Positions 9,481 to 18,271 of a stretch of DNA of 64,000 nt are shown here, in pieces. Source of the stretch: an uncultured Candidatus Saccharibacteria bacterium (GTDB lineage Bacteria; Patescibacteriota; Minisyncoccia; Phycocordibacterales; UBA5272); assembly GCA_964512315.1 (NCBI GenBank), contig CAZEIK010000002.1:45304-109303 (forward strand), read 5' to 3'. The translations under genes and the position numbers were made by a program. Positions within the stretch are counted from its first letter, which is position 1; every line of letters starts with the position of its first letter. The notes beneath the pieces are model-generated. The model searched no databases and had not been told where the DNA came from. It saw nothing but the letters and a program-made list of their open reading frames with translations.

Positions 9481-11289
9481 ATGGGAATACTTGATTTTAT
9501 TTTAGGCAAAGACACAACGGTAGCAAACACAGCAGCCACTACACCTTCTGCGGAACAAAATACCGGGCCGAGTCTGCAAGATATAGTGGCGCCATCTGCT
9601 CTTAAAATAGAGTCTAAGGATTTTATTCTTGGTGACGTTAAAGGTAGAACATATTTTGTAATGTCTTACCCTAGATATCTAACAGATAATTGGTTGTCGC
9701 CGTTAGTTAATCTAGACAAAGTGTTCGACGTTGGTATACATATATCACCAGTAGATACCGCTGAGGTGATGAAGAAGTTCCAACGTAAAGTGGCTGAGGT
9801 TCAAAGCCAGATAATGATAAGAGAGGAGAAGGGTATGGTTCGTGACCCAATGCTAGAGACTGCTTATGAGGACCTAGAAAGTCTGCGTGACGACCTAATG
9901 CAAGCACAAGAGAAAATGTTCGAGGTGGGGCTATATATAACAATATACGCAAGAGACGACAAAGATCTAGACCGTGTAGAAAAAGAAATAAAATCAATAC
10001 TAGAAAGTAAGTTAATAACCGTTCGTCCTGCATACTTCCAGCAAGGCGAGGGAATACTTACAACAATTCCATTAGGTAAAGATGATTTGAAACAGGTTAC
10101 CAAGCTTAATACTTCACCATTATCTTCTATATTTCCATTTGTTTCTTTTGATCTAACTAGCGATAGAGGTATATTGTACGGCATCAACAGACATAACGGC
10201 TCACTGTTACTGTTCGACAGATTCTCAATGGAGAACTACAACTCTATAATATTTGCCAAGTCTGGTGCCGGAAAGTCTTTTGCGACAAAGCTAGAAATAT
10301 TGCGCACATTAATGTTCGACACCCAGGTTATTATTATAGACCCTGAGCGTGAGTACGAGACATTGACTGATGCAGTTGGTGGCAGATACTTTAACATATC
10401 ACTAACCAGTGATAATCACATTAATCCTTTTGACCTGCCGATCCCAGCAGAAGATGAGAGTATGAGCGAGGTTCTGCGCAGCAACATTGTAACGCTGGTT
10501 GGGTTGTTCCGTGTTATGTTTGGAGGACTTACCCCCGAAGAAGACGCAATCATAGACCGCGCCATAACTGAGACGTACGCCCTCAAAGACATCACACCTG
10601 ATGCGGACTTCACCAAGCTAGACCCACCACTTCTTTCTGACTTTGAAATGGTTTTGGGCGGTCTCGATGGCAGTGAGTCGTTAATAGAAAGACTTCAAAA
10701 ATACACCAAAGGCTCTTGGGCTGGATTCCTTAATAACCCAACAAATGTAAATATAGACCAGAAATGTGTCTCTTTCTCGATACGCGACATGGAAGACGAA
10801 CTCAAGCCGGTGGCAATGTTTCTTGTTACTCATTACATTTGGAACTCTGTAAGAAAAGAGTTACGTAAGAGGCTTCTAGTTGTGGACGAGGCGTGGATAA
10901 TGATGAAGTCTGAAGATACAGCAAGCTTCTTGTATGGTCTTGCAAAGCGTGGTCGTAAATATTACTTGGGGTTAGCAACAATAACACAAGACGTGAACGA
11001 CTTCCTTAAGAGTGAGTATGGAGTGCCGATCATCACCAACTCATCTCTTCAGCTTCTTTTGAAGCAGTCTCCAACTTCTATAGATTTGATACAGAAGACT
11101 TTTAACCTTACAGACGAAGAGAAATTCTTACTCCTTGAGTCTAATGTGGGCGAGGGTATATTCTTTGCTGGACTCAAGCATGTGGCTGTAAAGATTATCG
11201 CCAGCCACACCGAAGAGCAAATAGTAACTAGTGACCCTTCTGAAATACTTCGTGTCAAGGAGTTAAAGCAAGGCTTAACCAACTTATAA
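9481..11289 (+). CDS. VirB4-like T4SS ATPase
   Basis: Walker A FAKSGAGKS, IIDPEREY, INPFDL, Walker B LLVVDEAW, RGRKY, ITQDV. Confidence 0.93.
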   Translation: MGILDFILGKDTTVANTAATTPSAEQNTGPSLQDIVAPSALKIESKDFILGDVKGRTYFVMSYPRYLTDNWLSPLVNLDKVFDVGIHISPVDTAEVMKKFQRKVAEVQSQIMIREEKGMVRDPMLETAYEDLESLRDDLMQAQEKMFEVGLYITIYARDDKDLDRVEKEIKSILESKLITVRPAYFQQGEGILTTIPLGKDDLKQVTKLNTSPLSSIFPFVSFDLTSDRGILYGINRHNGSLLLFDRFSMENYNSIIFAKSGAGKSFATKLEILRTLMFDTQVIIIDPEREYETLTDAVGGRYFNISLTSDNHINPFDLPIPAEDESMSEVLRSNIVTLVGLFRVMFGGLTPEEDAIIDRAITETYALKDITPDADFTKLDPPLLSDFEMVLGGLDGSESLIERLQKYTKGSWAGFLNNPTNVNIDQKCVSFSIRDMEDELKPVAMFLVTHYIWNSVRKELRKRLLVVDEAWIMMKSEDTASFLYGLAKRGRKYYLGLATITQDVNDFLKSEYGVPIITNSSLQLLLKQSPTSIDLIQKTFNLTDEEKFLLLESNVGEGIFFAGLKHVAVKIIASHTEEQIVTSDPSEILRVKELKQGLTNL

Positions 11290-11290
11290 A

Positions 11291-12262
11291 ATGAAACCTT
11301 TAATATTAATCTTTAGTTTAGTTCTTAGTCTGCAAGCAGTTATGGCCCAGAACCTTCTACCTGACCCTATTACCATAAGTACCAACCCAGAAGCGCCAGC
11401 ACCAGGGCAGAGTGTAACAGTCTCAGCACAAAGCCTAACAGCAGACCTGAACAAGTCCGACATATCATGGAGCGTGAATGGAAGATTTGCTTCTTCTGGT
11501 TTTGGTTTAAAAAGTTTAAATCTAAATCTGCCTTTCGGTAACCAGGCAATATTAATAGAGGTTACAGTCAAGTCGACAACAGGCGAAACATTTTACGCAA
11601 AGAAAACAATTAGCCCAAAGAGATTAATTTTAATTACAGAGGCGGTGGATAGTTATGTTCCCTATTGGTACGGAGGTAAGGCTGAAGTTGCAAATGCTGG
11701 TAGATTTAGAGTTTATGCTTATGCTGAGATATATTCAGGTAGCAAAAGACTTCAACCTTCTGAGCTGCTTTACAAATGGTCAGTAAGGGACGAGCCATTG
11801 GGTGACTCTTCTGGTGTGGGGCGTGACACATTAACTTACAAATTATTAGATGAGTACGGGGACGACGTGCCAGTCTCAGTAACAGTTTCTCCTGTTAGCA
11901 GTGATGAAGAGGTAACGGAAACAACCAACATAAAGCCTAAAAATCCTGAGCTTCTAGCTTACTTGGGGAATGAGTATGGTGATGTTTCAAATTTAAATAC
12001 AATTAAAAATAACCAGACTATTAAAAATAAAACATTTTCTGTTGTTTTGGAGCCTTTCTTTTTTTCAACAGACTCATATAAACAAAAAAACTTAGAATAC
12101 TCTTGGTATGTTAATAACAATCCAGACACCGGTAGCTCTAATTATGTAAAGCTCTTCCGCCTAGCAGAAAATGCTACTGGTACAGCAATAATTGATGTTT
12201 CAGTTAAGCATTTAACTAGACTATTCCAAGAAGCTAAAAATAGAATTAGTATAAATTTCTAA
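11291..12262 (+). CDS. Secreted beta-rich (Ig-like) hypothetical protein
   Basis: Signal peptide; repeated W-containing motifs (ISWSVNG, YKWSVRD, YSWYVNN). Confidence 0.7.
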   Translation: MKPLILIFSLVLSLQAVMAQNLLPDPITISTNPEAPAPGQSVTVSAQSLTADLNKSDISWSVNGRFASSGFGLKSLNLNLPFGNQAILIEVTVKSTTGETFYAKKTISPKRLILITEAVDSYVPYWYGGKAEVANAGRFRVYAYAEIYSGSKRLQPSELLYKWSVRDEPLGDSSGVGRDTLTYKLLDEYGDDVPVSVTVSPVSSDEEVTETTNIKPKNPELLAYLGNEYGDVSNLNTIKNNQTIKNKTFSVVLEPFFFSTDSYKQKNLEYSWYVNNNPDTGSSNYVKLFRLAENATGTAIIDVSVKHLTRLFQEAKNRISINF

Positions 12263-12290
12263 AAAATATTTGTGTTAAACTTTACTTAAC

Positions 12291-13142
12291 ATGAATGGAC
12301 AGAATCCTGTTGAATACGATCTTCTTGAACCCCTAACCGGCCTTACTGATGAGGAGGGGTTAACTTCTGTGCCTGTTTCTCCAGAAGGGATATCTGACTA
12401 CTTTAATCAGACTTATAACTTTCTATTAATACTTATTGCTATTACGGCTGTTTTTTATCTTATATATGGCGGCATGGTATACCTAACAACCGACATAGCC
12501 AACAAACAAAAACAAGGTAAAGAGATAATCATTCGTGTCATAACTGGCTTAATTTTTGTTTTTACTGTGTGGATAATACTTAACTCTATTAACCCCGCGA
12601 TACTTAATAACAAGCTAACGTTTGCCATTCTTGATTCTACTACAAACAACCCTGGTCCAAGTAATCCTCCCAACAATCCACCTAACAACCCTCCACCCAA
12701 CACAACAGGTGAGCAGTGTACCACAATACCAGAGTCTGACTTAGTTGTTGTGCAACCTTCCAGAAAACTAAAAACTGCTGCTGCCGACAAGTTTAACCAA
12801 ATGTACATGGCGGCACAAAAAGATGGCATCAACCTTAAACTAACATCTGCATATAGAAGTCCTGCTGACCAGTTACGTATCTGGAACGAGAATGGTTGCA
12901 AACTAGTAAACAGTAAAGCTGTTTGTTTTGGTGGCAAAAGCGTTGCTGTTCCTTGTCAGCTTGGCGGTAACGGGTCTAACCACTCTACTGGTTATGCGGT
13001 GGATATTAATGTGGGTTGTATTAATGGTCAGTCTAACTGTAACACTAAGACCTATCAGTGGCTAAAGTCTAATGGTAGTAAGTATAATTTTAACAATAAC
13101 CTGCCTAGCGATCCTGTGCACTGGTCGCCTTCTGGAAGATAA
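12291..13142 (+). CDS. T4SS pilin-like domain fused to an M15 (VanY-type) Zn peptidase
   Basis: Two-TM VirB2-like hairpin (LIYGGMVY...ILNSINP), NPPN linker, then SAYRS..DQ, SNHSTGYAVD, DPVHWS. Confidence 0.82.
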   Translation: MNGQNPVEYDLLEPLTGLTDEEGLTSVPVSPEGISDYFNQTYNFLLILIAITAVFYLIYGGMVYLTTDIANKQKQGKEIIIRVITGLIFVFTVWIILNSINPAILNNKLTFAILDSTTNNPGPSNPPNNPPNNPPPNTTGEQCTTIPESDLVVVQPSRKLKTAAADKFNQMYMAAQKDGINLKLTSAYRSPADQLRIWNENGCKLVNSKAVCFGGKSVAVPCQLGGNGSNHSTGYAVDINVGCINGQSNCNTKTYQWLKSNGSKYNFNNNLPSDPVHWSPSGR

Positions 13143-13143
13143 T

Positions 13144-14208
13144 ATGCAAAATGACAACTTAAAAAAGAAAATATTAATTAGTGGTGGAGTGTTTATTGTT
13201 TTTATAATAATTTTTTCTTTATATTTAATATTTAAGGGCGGTGATACCGTGCAAACAACACAAAATAATGACAATAAAATTAACTTCCCAAGCTTATCTT
13301 TTGGTAACAAATTATTGTTAGATAATTCTGATTCTGAGGAGTCAAACAACTTAGAGACCTCAAATGAACTTAAAGATATTTATCTGGTGTGGGCAGGGCA
13401 GACAATAGGAGCTGCGTCTCTTGATGATGGTTCTGTGGCTTTTGTAGACAAAGCTTCTGGTGAGTTAAGAAAGTCTTCTGGACCTAACTACGAAGACACA
13501 AGCTTAATAACAACATTAAGACCGAATTGTTTCTCAGCTAAAATTTCCAACCCAGGATCTGTGGCGCTAATCCTTTGTGAAGATGGACTATATCTTTGGT
13601 CTAACTCTAGATTAAGCATTCTTAATCAGAACGCCTTTGATTATGAATTTATTAAAGGGTCTAATGATTTTGTTTTCTTTGTGAGAAGCTCATATGGAAC
13701 AGAAATATATCTTTCTAAACAAAACAAAATAACTAAGCTTTACACTTTACCGCTATTCGAAATAACAACGTTGGGGGCAGATGTTGATTATATTTACATT
13801 TCTGAAAAGCCTGCAGCAAGTCAAAATCTATTTGTTTACTCTTTTAAGAATAAGGATTTATATTTCATTAGGGACCTAAATTCTCAAGGTTTTGGTTTGT
13901 ATCAGAAGGGTTACGTTAAGGAGAAGTGTGCCAACTTTAACGAAAGCAGTAATTTGTGTTTCTTTAACTCACCAGAAAGTTTTAACTCTACAGCTTGGAG
14001 AAAGGGGGTGTTCTCGTCTAAAGACTCTGTATATTTCTACTCACTTGTAGATCAGAAATATACACTTAACACCAACTTATCTAAAGTTATAGACGCTGTA
14101 TCTGTTAACTATAATTCTAATGGTGGAATTGTTGACGTGATAGATAAGAACACTTTAAATCTTTTTGTTATAAAATCTGACGAATTGTTACAGGAGCACG
14201 AGCAATAA
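13144..14208 (+). CDS. Membrane-anchored hypothetical protein, possible beta-propeller
   Basis: Start better placed at ATG 13144 (MQNDNLKKK + TM helix), just after the previous stop. Confidence 0.65.
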   Translation: MQNDNLKKKILISGGVFIVFIIIFSLYLIFKGGDTVQTTQNNDNKINFPSLSFGNKLLLDNSDSEESNNLETSNELKDIYLVWAGQTIGAASLDDGSVAFVDKASGELRKSSGPNYEDTSLITTLRPNCFSAKISNPGSVALILCEDGLYLWSNSRLSILNQNAFDYEFIKGSNDFVFFVRSSYGTEIYLSKQNKITKLYTLPLFEITTLGADVDYIYISEKPAASQNLFVYSFKNKDLYFIRDLNSQGFGLYQKGYVKEKCANFNESSNLCFFNSPESFNSTAWRKGVFSSKDSVYFYSLVDQKYTLNTNLSKVIDAVSVNYNSNGGIVDVIDKNTLNLFVIKSDELLQEHEQ

Positions 14209-14213
14209 AAAAA

Positions 14214-14873
14214 CTAACTGCTGTGTACTAACTTTCGTATTATTAAGCTTTGGAATATTCCAAATATATTAGCGATTACGAAATATAAGGTCAGTCCTGC
14301 TGGCAGGAAAATACTGGATATTAATATAAGTAGGGGCATCATATATTTCATCTGTATAGACATCATTTTGGCGAACTCTTTCTGAAAGCCATCCTTCATC
14401 TCTTCTGTCTTCATGTCTTTGGTGCTAACCTGCATCAAAATAAACATAGAAACAAAAGCAAGCCCGGCCAGAATCAGGCTTCTGTGTGATATATCTATAT
14501 AAGAGAACATTAATTGGCTACCAGCCAAATGTATCTCATTTTTGATAATTATGTACAAACCAAAAACAATTGGTATCTGAATAAACAGATTCAAAATAGA
14601 AGAGAAAGGTTTGATTCCGTTTTCTTTATACAAATTAGAAAGTTCTCTTCCTAGGTCTTGTGGGCTGTTTTTATGTTTCTCTCTTAATTTTTCAACTTCC
14701 GACTGAACCAGCTTCATACCTTTTGTGGTTTTTGCTGCCGAAAGGTTGAGCGGGAAAAGTAAAATCTTAACAAAAACCGTAAACATTACTATAGCGAGTC
14801 CAACATCCCCAGAAATTGATAGGAAAAAGTGTAAGGCGCTTGATAGGGGGGTTATTACTAAACTGTTCCACAT
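14214..14873 (-). CDS. yidC: Membrane protein insertase YidC (short form)
   Basis: IQIPI.FGLY and PAGLTLYF motifs; rpmH-rnpA-yidC synteny. Confidence 0.93.
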   Translation of the reverse strand: MWNSLVITPLSSALHFFLSISGDVGLAIVMFTVFVKILLFPLNLSAAKTTKGMKLVQSEVEKLREKHKNSPQDLGRELSNLYKENGIKPFSSILNLFIQIPIVFGLYIIIKNEIHLAGSQLMFSYIDISHRSLILAGLAFVSMFILMQVSTKDMKTEEMKDGFQKEFAKMMSIQMKYMMPLLILISSIFLPAGLTLYFVIANIFGIFQSLIIRKLVHSS

Positions 14874-15163
14874 ATATCTTTTTTAATTTCTTTGTATTTA
14901 GGTATTTTTGATAAAGCTTTTTTAGTGTAGATAAAGAATGTTTTGTTTTCTTTTTCTAGAAACTGCCTATAAGCATAACATAGTCTTCTTTTTAAAAGAT
15001 GTCTCTGATTTGCTTTTTTAATGTGTTTCTTGGATATTATTACAACCAAACCCTTTTTTTCTTTATTTTCTTTAATGTTAAAAAGATCAGAGTTTTTATC
15101 TGATCTTTTTAATTCAATACTGTCTATCTGTTTCTTTGTAAGGCGGTTTTGCCTGTTTAACAT
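14858..15163 (-). CDS. rnpA: Ribonuclease P protein component
   Basis: RLTKK, ISKK.IKKANQRHLLKRRL (RNR-like motif); synteny. Confidence 0.85.
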   Translation of the reverse strand: MLNRQNRLTKKQIDSIELKRSDKNSDLFNIKENKEKKGLVVIISKKHIKKANQRHLLKRRLCYAYRQFLEKENKTFFIYTKKALSKIPKYKEIKKDICGTV

Positions 15164-15169
15164 ATATAA

Positions 15170-15307
15170 CTAATCTGCTGATAGTTTCTTGCGGCCCTTT
15201 TGTCTTCTAGCAGAAATAACCTTTTTTCCTGTAGCAGAGGCCATTCTAACCAGAAATCCGTGTGTTGTGTATCTCTTTTTGTTTTTTGGGTTATAAGTTA
15301 CTGACAT
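15170..15307 (-). CDS. rpmH: 50S ribosomal protein L34 (not in the ORF track)
   Basis: Manual translation [45 protein letters not shown]. Confidence 0.95.
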   Translation of the reverse strand: MSVTYNPKNKKRYTTHGFLVRMASATGKKVISARRQKGRKKLSAD

Positions 15308-15386
15308 AGGGGGTATTCTATAACAATTAAAAGATTTTGACAAGGTACACTTTCTTCAAAATAAAGCGTATACTCTAACTCACGAT

Positions 15387-16724
15387 ATGGACTACGAACA
15401 GCTTTGGAATACGGTATTGTCTCAAATTGGTTTAGAAGTTTCTCGGGTTAACTTCAACACTTGGTTCAAAAATTCAAGAATGGTTGATTATAAAGACGGC
15501 GACGTAACAGTTGGTGTGCCCAATCAATTCATAAAAGACTGGTTGGAGCAAAAATACCATAAAGACATTTTAAGAATACTGCGATCTGTTCATGAGGGGG
15601 TTAGGTCTTTATCTTTTTCTGTTGTAAGATTTGACGTTCCTCCTAAAAAAACTCAAGTAATACAAACAAATAACGGCTCTTTACCTCTAGATAACCTTTA
15701 TATAAATAGAGAAGATGGGCTTAATCCTAAATACACGTTTGATAGTTATATTGTAGGGCCATTTAACGAAATAGCTTATGTTTCTGCGCAAGCAATAATA
15801 CAAAATCCAGGTCTTTCTTATAATCCTTTCTTTGTTTATGGTAATACAGGCCTAGGCAAAACACACCTTCTACAGGCTGTAGGTAATGCTGTTAAGAAAA
15901 AATACCCCGAAAAAAAGGTTTTTTATATCTCTTTGGAGCGTTTTTATATGGAGTATGTGAACGCCCTTAATCAAAGCCGTGTTCCAAATTTCAAAGAAAA
16001 ATATAGAAAATTTGATGTTTTTATAATGGACGACATACAATTCATAACAGGTAAAGAGAAAACTCAGGATGAATTGTTCCACCTATTCAATATAATGTAC
16101 GAAACCAATCGTCAGATCATCTTTTCTTCAGATGTTCACCCTAATTTTATTATTGGTTTGGAGGAGAGGCTGCGCTCTCGTTTTAATCAAGGTATGGTTG
16201 TTGATGTTGAAGCTCCAACATTTGAATCGCGTCTTGCTATCTTGCAAAAAAAGGCGAAAGATCATTCTGATAAACTATCTCCTGAGGTTTTGGAGTTTAT
16301 AGCTGAGAGCGTCCATGGAAACATTAGAGAGCTTGAAGGCATTCTAACCAATCTTATAACTCAATGTGAGATCAAAAAGACTGTTTTAACCCTTATTGAC
16401 GTTAAAAGTTATTTAAAAAATAACATAAAAGCTAAAAAATCTGTATCTATACCAGAAATAGTAAAGACTGTCGCTGATTATTATCATGTTAATGATTCGC
16501 TTATATATAACAAAACAAGAAGAAAAGATATTATCAAGCCTCGCCAAATAATAATGTATATATTAAGAGAGGAGTATGATATATCTTATCCGGTGATTGG
16601 GGATAAGTTGGGTGGAAGGGATCATACCACTGTTATTCACTCTTATGAAAAAATAAAAAGAGAGCTTGAAAAAGACCCTCATTTAGCAAAAGAGATTGAC
16701 GACATACGCTCTATTATTGTTTAG
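15387..16724 (+). CDS. dnaA: Chromosomal replication initiator DnaA
   Basis: LNPKYTFD, YNPFFVYGNTGLGKTHLLQA, DDIQF, LRSRF, GGRDHTTVIH. Confidence 0.98.
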   Translation: MDYEQLWNTVLSQIGLEVSRVNFNTWFKNSRMVDYKDGDVTVGVPNQFIKDWLEQKYHKDILRILRSVHEGVRSLSFSVVRFDVPPKKTQVIQTNNGSLPLDNLYINREDGLNPKYTFDSYIVGPFNEIAYVSAQAIIQNPGLSYNPFFVYGNTGLGKTHLLQAVGNAVKKKYPEKKVFYISLERFYMEYVNALNQSRVPNFKEKYRKFDVFIMDDIQFITGKEKTQDELFHLFNIMYETNRQIIFSSDVHPNFIIGLEERLRSRFNQGMVVDVEAPTFESRLAILQKKAKDHSDKLSPEVLEFIAESVHGNIRELEGILTNLITQCEIKKTVLTLIDVKSYLKNNIKAKKSVSIPEIVKTVADYYHVNDSLIYNKTRRKDIIKPRQIIMYILREEYDISYPVIGDKLGGRDHTTVIHSYEKIKRELEKDPHLAKEIDDIRSIIV

Positions 16725-16946
16725 TATTTTTTGTGTGTAAGTTGTGTATAACTTATCAAAGTTTTACAGAATTTAATTTGTATTGTTTTATTGATGTTAT
16801 TTATTTATATCTTTTCTTTATGTTTTTTGTTTTAAAAACCAAGATAAGTATTGATTTATAAGGTTTTAAAAGTTTTAAACCTAATCAACATATATATCTT
16901 TAATGTGAATTTTGTTTTTACTTATTAAAAGATTATAATTAACTAC
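16725..16946. other. Probable replication origin oriC
   Basis: Very AT-rich dnaA-dnaN spacer with a perfect DnaA box TGTGTATAA at 16743-16751. Confidence 0.65.
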
Positions 16947-18050
16947 ATGAAGTTCACCTGCCAAGCAAAAGACTTAAAAGATAAAATACAAAACCTTGCC
17001 AGAATATCGCTTAAGACAGGGCTAGATCCTATATTTGAATGTATTTATTTAGAAAATGAAGATCATAACCTAACATTAAGATCGGCTAATACTGAGATAA
17101 TTGCTGAGCAGAATATGCCGGTTAAAGCTGAAATAAATGGGTTATGTCTTGTGAATGCAGCACTTTTATCAAAAGTTCTATCTAATATATCAAAAAGCTC
17201 AGACATAGTAACTTTTGAGAGGGTTGATAATGTTTTAGTTATACAAAACGAGAACAATAGAACAGAAATTGATCTCTACAACGAATCAATGTTCCCTAAA
17301 ATACAAAATGGCGGGGAGAAAATGTTCTCAATAAACAGGGTTAAGTTTTTAGATTTGATAAAAAGTGTAGCTTTTTGTGCCGCTACAACAGAAATAAAAC
17401 CAGAAATAGCTAGTATTTATTTATATAATAAAGATAACAACCTATACGCCGTAGCAACAGACTCATATAGACTATCTGAGAATTGTATACCTTTTGAAGA
17501 AGAGTCTCAGATAAGCTTATTAATACCTCAGAAAAATATTAATCAAATCTTAGCGATATTAGGAGATGAAGAGAGTGAAACAATAGACGTTATAAAACAT
17601 AATGAGCTTATATTATTTGAAACAAAAACAAGTTTTGTGTCAACAAGATTAACTAACGGATCTTTTCCAGACTATAAACAACTTTTCCCTAAAGAATTCT
17701 TATTTAATTTCTCCGTCAGAAAAGAAGTTCTACAAAATGCTTTAGAATTATCTTCGATTATTACAAATCAAACCCCTATTTGTTCTTTTGAGTATAATAA
17801 AGACAAACAGACTATTAAAATATCCTCAGAGGAAAAAGGTGTTGGTCAAATGAGCAAAGAGATAACAGTAAAGTCAGAAAATCTTGAAGATATAAAGGTT
17901 TTTTATAACAGCAACTACTTCCTAGAGGGGCTATCTAAATTAAATGGTGATAATGTAACCCTGTCGTACACCACAACAAACAGGCCTGTATTTATCAAAT
18001 CAGAACAAAATACTAATTTTACGTATCTTTTAATGCCCATAAATAGATAA
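16947..18050 (+). CDS. dnaN: DNA polymerase III beta clamp
   Basis: AVATDSYRL, GSFPDYKQLFP, YLLMP C-terminus; follows dnaA. Confidence 0.96.
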   Translation: MKFTCQAKDLKDKIQNLARISLKTGLDPIFECIYLENEDHNLTLRSANTEIIAEQNMPVKAEINGLCLVNAALLSKVLSNISKSSDIVTFERVDNVLVIQNENNRTEIDLYNESMFPKIQNGGEKMFSINRVKFLDLIKSVAFCAATTEIKPEIASIYLYNKDNNLYAVATDSYRLSENCIPFEEESQISLLIPQKNINQILAILGDEESETIDVIKHNELILFETKTSFVSTRLTNGSFPDYKQLFPKEFLFNFSVRKEVLQNALELSSIITNQTPICSFEYNKDKQTIKISSEEKGVGQMSKEITVKSENLEDIKVFYNSNYFLEGLSKLNGDNVTLSYTTTNRPVFIKSEQNTNFTYLLMPINR

Positions 18051-18271
18051 TGTTTGAAAAATATCTTAATCTAATAAAATCTCACACAGACAATAAGAAT
18101 AAAATAAAACTCTTTCTAGATGAAAAAGGGTTAAGTAAAATTGATTTTAATATAGATGGAAATGAGGTGTTTTTTAATATACCATCAGCTTTTAAGTTAA
18201 GAATACATCAAAAAAGGTTAGAAATTATCAACTTTTTAAAAACGCTTAATCTAAAATCTAAAAACCTATAG
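18050..18271 (+). CDS. Small hypothetical protein, possibly DciA-like
   Basis: 73 aa, coupled to the dnaN stop (TAATG). Function is inference only. Confidence 0.55.
   Translation: MFEKYLNLIKSHTDNKNKIKLFLDEKGLSKIDFNIDGNEVFFNIPSAFKLRIHQKRLEIINFLKTLNLKSKNL

Noticed and set aside
2909-14208. T4SS cluster as an ICE or conjugative element
   Set aside because: No integrase, relaxase or flanking direct repeats; overlaps rsmA and sits in core origin synteny
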